Origin: Lingula anatina
Taxonomy: Eukaryota; Animalia; Brachiopoda
Length of the DNA: 64,000 nucleotides
Assembly: GCA_051362555.1 (NCBI GenBank)
Contig: CM120648.1
Span: 5,266,587-5,330,586, forward strand
Reading direction: 5' to 3'
Shown: piece after piece, positions 37,290 through 51,377 of the stretch
Layout: every line of letters starts with the position of its first letter
Numbering within the stretch: position 1 is the first letter of the stretch
Notes under the pieces: generated by a model
Seen by the model: only the letters and a program-made list of their open reading frames with translations
Databases searched by the model: none
Told to the model about the DNA's origin: nothing
Program-made: the position numbers and the translations under genes

Positions 37290-37760
37290 CACTATGTAGG
37301 GTGCCATCGAAGGCGTTTTGTCCATCTAGCTGCCTCCAGGTAAGGAAGCTCAGAAGTGAAGTAGGGAAAGAAATTGTATCTTTGAGGGAGGAGGGTATAA
37401 ATGTCCCCCTGAGAGCCGCCAGATATGGTGTCTGGTGAGACCGAATACGGGGCTTGCAGAAGGATGGAGGACACTGGTTATGCCAATTAAATACCACGAA
37501 GTTGCTGTCCAAGAAGACTATTGCCAGAGACGACAGGTGCCCTTTTATGGTGTCAAGGCTTAGGGGATTTGAACCTTGCAGCACATTTGCAGCTTGAGAT
37601 TAGTTCAAGGAAAGCCCCGTGTTTCAGGAATTCACACCAGGGTTCCCAGGGTAAAAAGCAATTATCACCTTGGAAACAGACGAAGAAGAGTGACATGGGC
37701 TGCAAGAACCATTGCATGGACAGTAGGTCAGAACTGGTGCCGCTTGGTATTTTCTGATTA
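37290..37760 (-). mobile_element. Possible degraded 3' end of a CR1/L2-type LINE
   Basis: Higher-GC island. Broken minus-strand frames give SSSVSKV..(W)EP and QRYNFFP..TSELP, reminiscent of CR1 ORF2 C-terminal motifs. Weak. Confidence 0.3.
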
Positions 37761-39123
37761 GTCTAACAACGTGGGTGGAAAAATGAGTGTATAAAACACA
37801 TCATCTATGTCTCATATACAAGAGAATATGCCTCACTAGACAATCCACTTCAATAATGGTTTGTGGTCGCATTCACCTCTACGGAATTTGTGCACTAATG
37901 TTCACGCATTGAAACCTGAACCATGAACTTTACGTTGAAATTCTCGACCATCAGTTTTTACCATCGGGTACAGAAATCGTCCGTTTGTTTTCCAAGATGA
38001 TAAAGCTAGTATACATCCCACAGGACCAGGGCTGTAAGACAGCGGCTTTGCCTGCATGACATCAGAGTGGGCATCATATCCATTGAAAACCTGTGGAATA
38101 AGATTGGAAATCAAATGGCAAAGGATCTACCTTTACCGCAAATGCTCTAATCCAAAGTATCTATTGAGTGTGGGCCAATACTTCCAAAACGTTAACTAAA
38201 CCTTCAGCAGGGTGGTGGCCATATTAAATCACTTGGGTGTCCTACATAAGGTTACTGCTGACAAAAAGCATGCGTTTTGTGAGGACAAATCACTGGTCTG
38301 TAAACGTGTAGTGAAGACACTAACTTCACATAACCACATTTCAATAAGATACCAATTGGAAAACCTTGCAAATCCACCCGTTGTTCACCTACGAGCAAAA
38401 TGGTGCAATACTGTTGTCACCCCTCTGTACTAGTGTATACAAAGAGAGATTTAAGATTCTGATTTTATCAAATTCCCTTCAACAAATCATCTAGCGATAA
38501 CTAAAGTAGACGTTCGTTGCTGAAATATATATCAACACGATTCTACATATTGGGATTACTACATGTACGTCCGAACAAAGGTTACACTACATGAAATCGT
38601 CACATTTCTAAAACGAAATATTTGGTGCAAATGTACCATGGTATAAAAAAGTCATCACAAAATATTTCACATTTTATCCAGTCAGATGTTTACCAGTACT
38701 TTCAATTATATTTAATTTTTTTCATCGATTTTTGCTGACATAACTCAGAGCCTTTTTAGCACTTTAAGAAACAACAATCCCATTAATTAACATGTCTGCG
38801 TTCTCTGTACAAGAGCCCAATGGGTTGATGACGTCAGGACGGTGCAAAAATTCTCGCTAAACCGTTCAGTAGTGTGCACACCATAAACCAGAGAAACTAT
38901 CCATTAATATCTAATTGAAAAAATCTCCCTGCGTGGCCTTGCTAGAGGCAAAGGAGTATGATTGCAGAGAGTTGAAATACGCTGCACCCCAGCATACACT
39001 ACTGCCTAAACTATACCGCTACAGGTCAATTAAGTGGCAGAGGGTTTTGGGGTTCGAGGGTTGCACCCTTTTGGTCGGAAAGGCCTGCTCTGAATGAAAG
39101 ATTGATCTACTAGTAGTAGGTTC

Positions 39124-39157
<34 letters not shown>

Positions 39158-39291
39158 GCCCCCACGCCCACCCTCTTCTTTCTCTAATCGGGCGAACTAC
39201 AGTAAGAGATCTAGAAAAAAAAGATCAGTAAAAATTCTGATATTGTTGGCCACAGGCTTGTGTTGTGTAGGAGTCTGCTATGGATATTGGC

Positions 39292-39443
39292 CGTGTGACA
39301 GGAATGGTAGTCCATTCCCCTTTACTTTCTACAGGTGACATTCGTCCCATATACGAACTCAATGCTACGACTAACCCTAACCTGTAGTAATCATAAGGTA
39401 CCCCGGACTTCCATTCTTAGGACTACCATTCCTGTCACACCAG
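39292..39443. mobile_element. MITE with internal taaccc repeats
   Basis: TIR gtgtgacaggaatggtagtcc/ggactaccattcctgtcacac. Confidence 0.7.
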
Positions 39444-39822
39444 TTATTTGTAGTTACAAACGTCTAAGTTACGCTTGTTCATGAACAATGAGACTGGTCA
39501 TATTCCAGAGTATATTCAGGCACACTGTTTAATGTTTACACTTACACGTCTTCTTGTGAACAGAACTTTTTGAGTCCGTGCAATACGATGAACGATAGAT
39601 CTACAATGCGTGATGATAACAATATTTTGATAACCTTTGTGCATGTAGTGTGACAAAACTGAGAATCTATGTAGCGGAGAGTCCGCCCTCCATTAGATCC
39701 ATACAGGTTAGGTTAAGCGTGACGTAAGTGCGTCTACATACTGCACGGGGCTTTCCTGTACAAATTAATGGGGAACGGGCCCTACAGTGTACAGTACATT
39801 GGTGACTCTCTTGCACGTGACA

Positions 39823-42800
39823 TTAATAATGCACACCCTCCGTCAGCTGAACAATGGTGGGGCTGCCCCTCTCCTCCTCAAATATAGCCTCGATATCGGC
39901 ATAGCTTGGAGGGTTCTGTGTCGGCGCACCCGAGGCCACGGAGAGGGTCTGTAGATGCGGTTCCAGAGGCTTGGTCTCGTTGTGGAGCTCAGGCCTGGTG
40001 ATGCCGTAAACCGGGTTCTTGGGCAGCACAGTCTGGGTCTGCTCGGCGACGGGGCGGCGGGTTTTGTCCAACGCGGAGTTTGACTTTGAAACATCGTCAG
40101 TGTTATGGCTAGGCGAGCTGACATTCCCTATAAGCCAGTAAGTAGTCATGTGCCCCTTCCCCTGTAAAATGAAGAACTGATATTGATTACCGCGGTATCT
40201 TTTAGATTCAAACATGCATAATTCAAGACGATGGAGTCTGATCCAGCAATATAACTGCGTTTAAATCCCAGATCTAATTTGGTAATCTCCAGTTTGGCTT
40301 GTAAAAATCACTATGGAATAGAACCACTTCAAAATGATTCGAAATTAGAAAAAATCTTCCAATGTACATGCATCTCATAAGCTTTATAATTTCTTTCGCT
40401 TATCAAAATATGTGAAAGTAGAATTGTTATGGATCCACAATAAGCAAAGAGTTGCAGTTACACGCATTCTTCCCATGCTTCAGATAATATCTCACCAGTT
40501 CACTCATCCACAATCTCAACCGTATATCTAAAAACACTCTTTTTTGTTGAAAATAATCGCTATACGATCTTCACGTTTCGAGAAAACGAATCACTGCCCA
40601 GAACAAGTAATTTTACCTTGACTTCTATATCTCCTCTCCTCTGCATGATATAACATCCAGTTTTGTCCAGCAGACGATAGGTGGTGTGGCTGATGTGAAT
40701 TCGATGGGCTGGAATATTAAAAACAAGCCTTTTGTTAAAAAAACCTCCATACTTTTTTTTGCGGGGGTGGGGGGGAGGGGAGGTGAATCTGTTGACATTT
40801 TTTTTTCCTCTGAATTTAATCTAGATTGGCTCACAGCTTAATGAGTCCAAAAAAGTAAGGAGCTTAAATTCATAAATGTTCATCAATATAACACTGTTTT
40901 CAGATCTAATAAATCTATTTCCATAACCATTATGATACTACGTGTGTTGCAATGTGACGCCCTAAGGTACTTATAAAGTAAAATACATTCACAAAATTAA
41001 GCCTCATTAAAATGTGTGTTTGGATTTGAAACTGTAACCCCAATCACATGTCTCTGTTGGAAATTTTCCAATCTTTTTACCATAAATATGACTTTGTTAT
41101 TGAAGAATTATTATAACCAAAGAGAATATAAGCCCATTATGACCTGCAGAACAAAACGTTTAGAACAGGGTTGATATTAATTGCCGGGAAGTGTGAGATA
41201 ATACACTGTCACCCGAGCGACATATAAGAATAATCAACCCTGCAAGCGCGTTTTGTTTGCATCATTTTGTGAATACAGTGTGTATCTCCAATATCCGAAA
41301 ACTGAATTATTTTCCTCCGGTCTGGTGAAATGATATGAATAAGAACTGCTCAAAGGAAATAGATCACCGTCTTGTTTTCGTCAATTTTAGGAAATTGATT
41401 TCCGTTTTCATCCCAAAGAATGGAATATTAATTATTGCCTCTCTAATATCATGGAATGTTATAAAATAAATCAGAAACAATGTGTGAATGGAGTAGCATT
41501 ACATGTACATGTTTCATTGCACAAAGGAACTGAAAATTGTTCCAATAATATAAAAGAGATTCGTATCACCCCGGGTTAATTTGCTTTGTTGATGCTGTCA
41601 ATAAGAAAATTGTCAAGTTAAATTTGTCTTCGTTTTTGCCAGCCATATGCTGAGCAGAAAAAAAAATCGGTGAGCAAAAACAAATATTCCAGTTTACATG
41701 TATACTTACGGAGACTGTAGGTTTCCATTCGGGATGCTGTGTTGACGGTGTCTCCGAACAAACAGTAGCGCGGCAGCTTAGAGCCAACAACACCAGCAAC
41801 CAAGGGCCCTGCAATACAACACAGACGCTGTTGTCGACATTATTGGTAAAAGCTCGATTATCGTCTCCATTCGATAGCGGAAATGAAGAACTGTTAACAA
41901 GAACCCGGTAATTATATCTGTGGTGTGGACAACGTACGAATCTGGTTGACCAGTAAAGGCCTAAGTGAGCAGTATAATGATGCCTGTAGATTCAGCGAAA
42001 GACGCGTAGTTTATTTCTCTGCATGCACGCTCTATTATGTACGGGTGTAACGTGACAGAGAGTCCGCTTCCCATCCATTTGTACGGGTAAGCCTCGCCCT
42101 AGCTAACTTTAACCATTACAATGTATAACTAAATGGAAGGCGGGCTCTCTGTTACACGGAGACTCAGTTTCGTTACGGGGGGGTGGGGGGGGCTAATTTA
42201 TGGGGTGCCTCACTCTATGGCCTTTTGATCGCTCTTATTGTTTTTTCCCCTCTTACCCTTTTACCCTACTGGGTAATGTTTAAAAATGAGAAATAATCAT
42301 TCAGTTGTTCCCAAAGGACCTATTACCCTTTGAACGCGATCCCCTGTGATTGACCTGTCACGTCTGTTATAGCAGTGAATGTCTCACAATTGAGAATAAT
42401 TAGGACCTTTTTGGAAAGTGTGATGGTTTCCCGTGGCAACAGTGCACAAATGATCCACACCTTTAAATCGAGCGACAAGGTAACTGCCTATTTCACAAAC
42501 AAATGGATCAGAAAGCAAGCAAGGTTTTTAGAGTGCGCCACCAAAAATACAGTGTAATCCCGCAAACAAAAATGAGCAATAGCCAGAATCGGAAAACTTG
42601 CATGAATTAACTAACTGTACCTGTATGTATCACATTAAATGTATTTATCGAAAACACAATGCAATGTAGGCCTATCGAAAATATATATATCCAAGAAGTT
42701 ACATGTACCGTGGAAAACCGTCATTAACAGGGCACCATCACTTACGGCTTCTACGTTTATCAAAATGAAGTTCTGGGTCCCGTAACCCGAAAGCATCGCG

Positions 42801-43216
42801 TATTGCGAATAGCGATTTCACATAGAGGCTCCAGTGTATTATATGGGGCGAGTATGGGCGAGTTATGGAATCGAGACGCTTGCGCCTGGTCGCAATGCGC
42901 GATGGTTTTCGAGTTACGGGGCCCAGAACACCTTCTACAACCCCGTCACCTAGCAACGGATCTCGCATAAGACTACGAGAGTAAGCCTACAGACTGTCCC
43001 TACCTGTGTGGACCCCAATCCGCAGCCGTATCTTGCCCTCGAAGGTGGCCAGGTTGGAGAACTCGATATCATTACAGGTGTTCAGAAGGTCCAGGGACAT
43101 GTTAGCGATCTCGCTGGCGTGCTTGTTGCCGTTACGTGTTGGCAAACCTAGAAAATATGCGAAATGCAATTGTGTGAAGATGCCAGCATAACATGTGTGT
43201 TACTGTTCAAGCAACA

Positions 43217-43254
<38 letters not shown>

Positions 43255-44589
43255 GTTAAATAATGCAGGAATGATTTTTTTTTTTTACATTGGTATTTAT
43301 TTATTTATTTATTGGTACGCCGTCTTCATTCTGATTTAGGCTACATATTCTCTGTTCATAACCAATAAAACTGTAACTTGCAAATGGAACAATCATGTGA
43401 TAGATTAAGTTAACCCCACCTGATGCCACCATGTACGACTCTCCAATTGTTTCCACCTTGTACACGTCAAATAGGCCGATATGTTCGTCAAACAGACGAT
43501 AGATGGTGTTCAGAATCGTGACAATCTCCATGGGGGTGCACTGCATCGATATTCGGGTAAAGCCGACGATATCGGAGAAAAATACGGTTACCTAGGAATG
43601 GGGAAAAAAGAAAGACGCATTGACAGTATGTGTGATGGTTTTTTAAGTTTTTCATAAGACAAATATAGTTATAACGGATATAGTGCTACTTCATAGCATT
43701 CTTGGGCATTGTGTATTCAAATGTATACGATGATCTGAAAAATAATATTGGAATGATTGTTGCAATTTAGATACATGTACTTGATGTTGTGGTGAGACAA
43801 TTTTCAATGCACATTTCGAAGTAAATTTTATTTTTGGAACCAACAAGCGTTGCACGCATTAAGAGAAACAGAGAAAACAAACTCATGAACGAATGCCTGT
43901 TCTGACGCAAATGTAAACTCCACCGGTAATTGGATAAGGCATTCCGAGAAATAAAAGATGCTAACAGATTTATATTTCTTACCTCCTTGAAGTATTCTGC
44001 GCTAACATCCGTTTTAGACTTTAATTGATCTAGAATGAGAATCGTGAGAAGTTTGATATGCACGTTTGACACTAATGAACACCTTGTTTGTTCAATCTTA
44101 TGATCTTTGTCCAAAAAAAAAAAAAAAAAAAAAAAAAAACTGCTTTTGGGATCTTGCATCTAATCCTTCCTACTCACATACTAAAACCATAATCCCTATC
44201 CAGTTACTTCATTTAATGTAACAAGCAGTACACCTATCCATGCCAGGAAGTACACTGTGCCATCCACTGGCTGTGGTAAAGGCGCACTACAAAAAAACAA
44301 CTTATACAACAGTGCATTACATGAACCTTATGCAAGCAGTTCAGTGGTTTAGCACGCCTACACTTCTTTCCAACGTACTTGTGTAATCATCAGGTTTTTT
44401 CTACATTCTACGTATACTCAACACCAGGAGGAGGCGTGTTAATCTGCTGATTGCATTCAGCGAGAGTCCCCGGACAGTTGGATCGATCTACGCAGAATGG
44501 GGATGGGCCATATGACCCAATTTGTGTCACATATTTACATGTATGTAACAAAACAATGCAGTTCTGCAAGAACTAATGAGAAGCATGCC

Positions 44590-44637
<48 letters not shown>

Positions 44638-47600
44638 AACCAATCGTTACACATACCGGCGACCGGCTGTGGCAGCATCTGATACAACAGGGAATCAGTC
44701 CGATGCTTCTCCCTGTTCAACTCCTTCGTCTTGTCCGCCAGGGTGATGGCGTAGCACTGGATGTTGGTGGTCAGTTTGACCACGGACCGAATGACCAGCG
44801 GGCAGAAGGCAAACACCAGGAGAATGAAAATGCTGCTCACGGCCACTGATATGTACCGAGCGTTAAGGTCGGACTCAATCATGGAGCTGATGGTGTCTTT
44901 GATCTCCAGCTGGACGTCCAAAAGCTTGTTGACGAAGATGGTCATCTGGTCGTACCTTGGGTCAAATATTGGATTATTAATTAAAAGATTTAAAGGCATC
45001 ATGGCCATAGGAGCCTTTTAATATGCATAAGTCAATATGCCACAAAATGTGAAAAAGATAAAAGTGACGAGGCCCGTGCCGACTTCGCATTTTAGGGGAC
45101 CGGTGATATGTGAAGTCAACATTAACAAATTGTTGGTATAAACATTAACCATACCACCTCTTTTTTAAGAAAACAGTTGATTAAAGTGAACAGCCACTGA
45201 ATTATCTTGGCTCAAACTACAGAAGATTACAATTTTGGCCTAAGATACGAAGGCCAATTCTCATTTAACAGAAACGACAACGAGCAAAGATGGTACATAC
45301 ATGTACATTTACGTACCAGTGTGCGCTCCTTTTAAGGTCCCCCTTCGGCTCCGAGTTGTTTCTCCATTGGATCTCCTCTCTGTAGTTTGACAAAACCATG
45401 GACAGTTTGTTCCCTTTGACCTCGATATCGAGCTCCGTAAGCGGGATGACCATAGGGGAGAAATTCTGAGCCATCCGGAATTCATTTCTCGCGGTGTGCA
45501 GGGCCCTGTTGTATAAACTGTAGTACTCGTTGCTTTCAAAATGTCCGCGCACGAAAAAGACCTGACCAAGAGCGCGCTCAAGGCCGACGTTTTCCTTGAC
45601 GAAGATGATTTTCTGGTAGGCGACAAGGGATCGCCACACTGTGCCGTATTTGCTCTCCGTGATGGAATCTGTTAGCCAGTTGCCGATGACATCAATAATG
45701 CTGGTATAAAAGAGAAGCTCTTCCAATATAGTGTTGTTCAGGAGATCTAGACGGTTTCGGTGGTCGTTTAAATAGCTGCGGAATACGTTTTTACTGCGAA
45801 ATTCTGGGTTTCTGAGGATGATCTTTGCGTTGACTGGAAAAAAAAGAAAAATCTGCGATGAATTAAGGGTGTTTGTATGACTCTTAACAGAAGCTTTTCG
45901 GATGGATATATTTTTTCATGAATGTATTAGAAAATGATCAGTAAAATGAAGTCTGGGTCAATATAAATATTTATCCGAAACTTACCTAGTCGAAATAAAT
46001 GCATTATACAAAAATCTACACCTCTTTCCCAATAAACAAGATACATGCACATTGCCCACATTTATGGACTAATAAAGACAATACTCCAAGCCTGGGGAAA
46101 AATACGTGTACCAAACCACACAATTGAACGTTGGAGTTTATCAAAGGGAACCTTACCTGGCCATCCTGTGAGATCCTCTAATGATTTATCTGTCTCGGGA
46201 TATCTGGCTGCCAGGTACGACTTGGTAGAGGGGCCGATGTCGCTCATATAGAGGACGCTTTGATCTCTCTCTCTCTGGAGGTAATGCAGGAACATCCCCA
46301 GCTGCGTGCTGAACTCTACGTAGGTCCGTACCTTGAAAAGAACGCAAACAGTGATATGCTTTATCACTGCCGGTGTAACAAAACAGAGGGTCCGTGTAAC
46401 AGACAGTCCGCCCTCCATTAAGTTACAAGGGTTAGGGTTAGCCTGACTACTAAGTGGGTCAAAATCTAGGGTGAGGCTCACCTGTACAAATGAATATCGT
46501 GGGGGACTCTCTGTCAAGTTACACCGGCCAGGCCCGGAGCTGGGTTGGAAGAGTACGGGGATTTGGCCGGGAAAAGGTCCGCTCTGGGTAAATTTGGACC
46601 CAGGTACACGTGGCTTCATGGTTATTGGTATCCGTTTTTCAGAAAAAGACCCCCCCCCCGTCCTTTTTGAAATGTTACATGTACGTTCGTGCCTGAACTC
46701 TGACAAGTGTGATCTTACTAGCGATAAAAATGGGAAAACCGTAAGCAGATTAGTGTTTTACAGTATGTATTAATTAGGAAGAACTATATATAAGACATTC
46801 CAATTTGAACGTGCCTATGACACAAAACGAACTATTGTGGTACACCAATGAGTATGTAAAGTAAAATTTCAAAGACACAGGCAGGTGAATTAGTTCAAGT
46901 AGTTTTGTTACTTTCCCAAACACGCTCACAAATTCTATGGCATATGTCAGATCCTTTTTTCCAAACAGTGCGCACGCAACCCACAAGGGGGGGATGGAAA
47001 TGTAATTTTCAATCCTCGATCAAAATGTCTCTTTTCGTTTGCCACAAGCAGAGGAAACCCAATGATTACACATTTCAGGAAATACAATAGAAAGTGTCTG
47101 TTTGTGACATTTGGGAAAAAGGTGCAAATCAGGAGCACTGAAAGATACCGTCATGGGCAAAGTTAATCCGTGTTCTTTTCAACGAGATGACTGTGGCAGT
47201 ATTTTAACTCATGATAATTTTCTTTTCCCAGTCAGTGTCCGTTTTGGAACCTGTACAAATTGATTGCAGAAGTGAACGAAGCCAAAGGTTTAGTACACAG
47301 CACAAGTAGACTGAAAAACATTCGCGATTTTATAAATATTATTATTGAATCCAATACATGTAGTACTGAATATACAATACAACAGAATAAAACATATGAT
47401 AATATTACATATAAAAATTGCTGCTAACAAATACGCACCAATCACTGCGAGTTTGGCAAACATTTTCCGTTATATTAATCACACTCTGTTTGCGTATCCT
47501 TAATTGTTAGCATAGCAATATGATTCTCATTATCACGTACGAAGAGGCAGCAATAAATCCTTTTCCATTGGTGAGCATGTCGTTTTAAACCTCTTATAGT

Positions 47601-50282
47601 CTTACTTGTACCTTATTTCTTTCTTATTTATTTCGGATTACATAAGGAAAAAAGACGTTTTTTCTGGTGCTGTCGCTGAAAAAGACGTTTTCGGAGCTGT
47701 CTCGCAATATTTAAGATATAGCACAAGTTCTTAGCCTGTTCGAGAGAAGTCAGAAATTTCTTTCAGGTAAGCATCTTTGTTGTTACAAATTTCGGTTCGT
47801 TCATATGTGAGTACGTTCCAAAGCACAGCCATATTTGAGTTGAGTCTTTGGGGTGAAATCCATAAGTTTCTTTGCAAAATAGTACGTAGAGCTTTTTTAT
47901 GGGGATTTCTCTCTGTGATATATTACTGACCTCATAGTTAATGGAAGGTTTACAAAAGGATGGGTTTTTTCATGGTGTCTTATATAAGATGATTGAACTG
48001 TTCATAGACAAGTGTCGTTTTAGATAATGTAAACAAAAGGTATACAGACATTGTCTCTTGCAGTACGCGTCGTGTTTTCCATATTCAGACGTATATGAAT
48101 ATATAAGTACAGATGTGCACGTCCACGTTACTGGGTAACAACAATTGGTTTATCATTTTTGAAAGTCTGTCAAAATATTCTTACGTGTTGGATTACAATG
48201 AGGGTGCTTTCAAGTGAAAGAGGATGGATATGACTTATTACATCAAACAATTTCGCATTTCCAAACATTGCTGTGTATCTTAAACTTTTTTATTCTTAGC
48301 CGAAAATGACACTCGAGCAGTGCTTAAATCTGGGACACAGACATACCAGTCTGTTTTGCAGTTGTACATTATGGAAAAGAAAGCTTTCAGAATATTATTG
48401 TTTTTTTTTTTTTTTTTTTTTTTTTTGTCATCTCAGGGATCATTTAAGCGTTAGGGAAATACAAAAATTGTTCTTCGTCGCAAAGTTTGATGGGTGAAGA
48501 AAACGGGTCATTGTACGTTACCATCGTTTCCGTTTTTAACTTCAGTACAAAGTATGATCTCCCATGCACTCCCAAGTACACAAATTATTCAATTTCGGGA
48601 ATTAAATACCTGAAATACGCTCTGCTTTTCATAAAACAACAAGGTGTAAGGAAATTCTGTCATCACTGATTTTATGACCCAATCCTGTTTTGATTCCTTC
48701 AGAAACGCACGACAGCGAAAACACAGCTATAGCGTGTAGTTTCGTTTCCCCATTCAGATTCGGCCCACGTGTAGTTTCGTTTCCCCATTCAGATTCGGCC
48801 CAGGGGCCTAGCGTACATAGTGGAAACTTCGATTGATCACGTAATGACCCAACCATATGAATATCAAATGAGACTAATTAAATAAGCTATACCCGGTCCC
48901 CACTTTTTGACGTGAAACGTACGCGAGACGCTGTTTAACCGCCGCTGTCATAGCTGTTTAACCGCCCATTCAGCCGATTCCGCCATATTTTAAGTGTAAT
49001 CCTCCCTGATAATTTTTGTATGTGTTTAATCCTACATTTTCCAAAATTTATGAATATAAAACAAAACACGATGCATATTCTAAGCGGAAAGCGTGTTCAC
49101 AAGATAAGCGCCATGCTGAAATTTTGATGTCCATGTCTCATTGTTGTTACCCAGTACCGTGGACATGCACGTAGGAATAACATTTAAGTTAAAGGAGAGT
49201 GATAGACTAAAGTAAGGGTTACACCAATATAGTGTCACGTTTCTTTTATATAAGTCGCATGTCAACCGAAATACCGAAATTTATAAAACCCTCAGTCGTT
49301 TTCGCCAGCTTAATTGAACAAATGGTATTGCTCGCGCAGCAGTAATGCACCATACATAATTACTTCATTTAGTATTTGGTTGACTTAAGGAAACTGAAGA
49401 GACGAATAAATAGTTCAGATTTATGGCCAGGTATTAGAGGAACGTGCAGTTCTAAAGCTTTTGTTTCTACCTTAGTGATTACTTTTTTATCCTTTATTCC
49501 TTTGTGGACTTTATTTGTGTGTAGCAGATTATTGATCAATTTGTGTTACATTGAATCTAGACTCTCCTCATACACGCGTATGTCACTTTAATAACCTGAC
49601 TTAGTCGGAGCCGCATTAACAAAAAATGGATTTTACAACATGTACGTATATAATCCGAATATAATATGTATATAATCCGAATACACACGCACGCCATTAC
49701 CTTCTGCCCCTCTTCCAATGCCGCCACTGTGTCCTGCAGAAAATAGACGGCAACACCAGTCAAACAGATGATGGGAAGGAAGGTCAAGGCCAACATCTTT
49801 GCCAGCTGTTTTCTCTTCCCAGACTGGGAAATAGGCTCGCCAGTACATATCCCTGTAATAAAATGCCACATAGATATGGAATGCCGTGTTTTAACTCAAT
49901 GCTACACGATAACGATTACATTTTGAGAAAATGTGTAAGGCCAAAGTGTTGATGTACAAATGTGTCTGTAACATTTCTTATCATGTCTATATTGGTTGAA
50001 ACCCCAAATAATAATATAATTATGTAAAAGAGTACTTTTATTGTTCAAACGGGACAATGTAATTTTATTAGAAGTGACTGTACTGTTCCCATCAAAATAA
50101 ACGATATTTTTTAAATCGTTAGCGAATACAGAAATATAAAACCTACCAAAATTGCCTCTCTTCTTTCCCGCAGAACCAGAAAGATCCCTTAGTGCCGCCT
50201 CCAGGAGATCTTGGCTATTTAGTGAGGTCACGCTGTTATTTATGATATTTTCTACCCATTTCTCGTCCTTAATGTCCTTCAT
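39823..50282 (-). CDS. NIT-domain-containing membrane guanylyl cyclase (NIT-GC-like), 11 coding exons, about 723 aa
   Basis: Exons 50147-50282, 49701-49852 (TM1 [19 protein letters not shown]), 46157-46331 ([14 protein letters not shown]-like), 45317-45833 (YTSII...[14 protein letters not shown]-like), 44657-44955 (WYDQMT, TM2, coiled coil [10 protein letters not shown]), 43983-44029, 43420-43591 ([12 protein letters not shown]...[15 protein letters not shown]), 43004-43147 (RIGVHTG), 41710-41808 ([24 protein letters not shown]), 40617-40708, 39823-40161 ([10 protein letters not shown]); total 2172 nt, in frame. The cyclase call is firm. The NIT call rests on motif recognition, not an HMM search. 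Confidence 0.88.
42043..42177. mobile_element. MITE family member (copies at about 39670-39790 and 46370-46527)
   Basis: Shared gtgtaac..gacagagagtccgc(c/t)..cca termini and ggttagggtt-like cores. Confidence 0.6.
42770..42929. mobile_element. MITE
   Basis: TIR gttctgggtcccgtaacccgaaa/tttcgagttacggggcccagaac. Confidence 0.7.
44590..44636. repeat. (TTA)n microsatellite
   Basis: Directly visible. Confidence 0.95.
46370..46695. mobile_element. Two adjacent MITEs (46370-46527 with ccggtgtaac...gttacaccgg ends; 46529-46695 hAT-like)
   Basis: Each has its own TIRs and a related copy elsewhere in the window (42043-42177 and 22182-22348). Together they explain the spurious N-terminal part of ORF 46062-46706. 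Confidence 0.65.
48733..48802. repeat. Tandem duplication of about 35 bp
   Basis: cgtgtagtttcgtttccccattcagattcggccca occurs twice head-to-tail. Confidence 0.9.
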
Positions 50283-51163
50283 TGGGCTTTTGGATCCGTT
50301 TCCCTCTCTATAAAAATACAAAAAAAATTACAAAATAGTTACAGCGGCAACGTGTTTAAAATATATCGATCTAAAATACAATATTTTTGGCGCCAGCAAT
50401 CCAACAGTCAAAACCAGCAGTCATGTAACCAGTCCTGTAACCAGACTGTTTTCGCCGCGCTTACATTACCCAAATGTTTGGAGAAGCTTTCATACAATGA
50501 GTCAAGGGGTATCGTTTTTCGTTGAAAATGTCGCAATTATCACTTACCTTTAAGCACCGTTCAAGTACGTTAAAGGGTGCGTTCTCGTTTAACTAATGAG
50601 GTCTTATTTCCACGCGCGTAATAAAAATGCACATCCTTATTAACGATACTGTTTTGGTGGCAACACAGTAGTTTCTATGGAGGATGTCTGATACATACGC
50701 CAGTGGTGTTTTAATGATGTTATTTCATTAAAATGTGATTCTTTGTTCTAACCACTGACGTTGTTGACCTTATCGATTGTTATTCTCACTAGGAAAGTGA
50801 TTCCACGTTATACCAAGGGGAAAGACCAGTTTCTTAGAAACCACTTTTCACATGGGGACAGCAGATGTAATACGACCTTATTGTGCTTATTCGATGAAAT
50901 CATATGTAATATATTGTATCAAGGAAGAGTATAGCCATTATCTCCTTGGATAACTCTATACACTGTAGGTGTATATTCTTTTTTATAATATAAAGGGGCC
51001 AGACACGAATCAGACAAGTTCAGAAGGTGGATGCGTTTTTGTTTTTTTTTTTTTCTGAAAAGGTGGACCTTTTTTCAACAAAGCCTACTTGTGTTAATAA
51101 AACCTACCTAGAGCTCAAATTTTAATTCAGAGCAATTCGTTCCTACGGGCTTTAGGGTCTTTC

Positions 51164-51377
51164 ACCCCATTTCCATAGATTAGATCGACCTACTTTAGAT
51201 CGACCTAACTCCCTGGGGGTTCACGCTAAATAGCTGTCAGCCGGGCGGACACGAAAGTTAATTACCCCCTTACAGCTTGTAGTAGGCGGGACGGACATTT
51301 AAGTCGGATTATCTGAAAGTAATCTAGTGAGACTCCCCGCGGGGATAGATCGATCTAAAATCTATGGGAATAGAGCC
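51164..51377. mobile_element. Second copy of the 23079-23293 MITE
   Basis: Direct high-identity match (tagatcgacctaactccctggggg...ccccgcggggatagatcgatctaaaa). Confidence 0.8.

Noticed and set aside
33522-39823. Functional coupling between the NRF-6 array and the NIT-GC
   Set aside because: Adjacency in an animal genome is not evidence of a shared pathway, and no shared regulatory feature was seen.
46332-46706. N-terminal part of the 214-aa ORF 46062-46706
   Set aside because: It reads through two MITEs; only 46157-46331 is a real exon.
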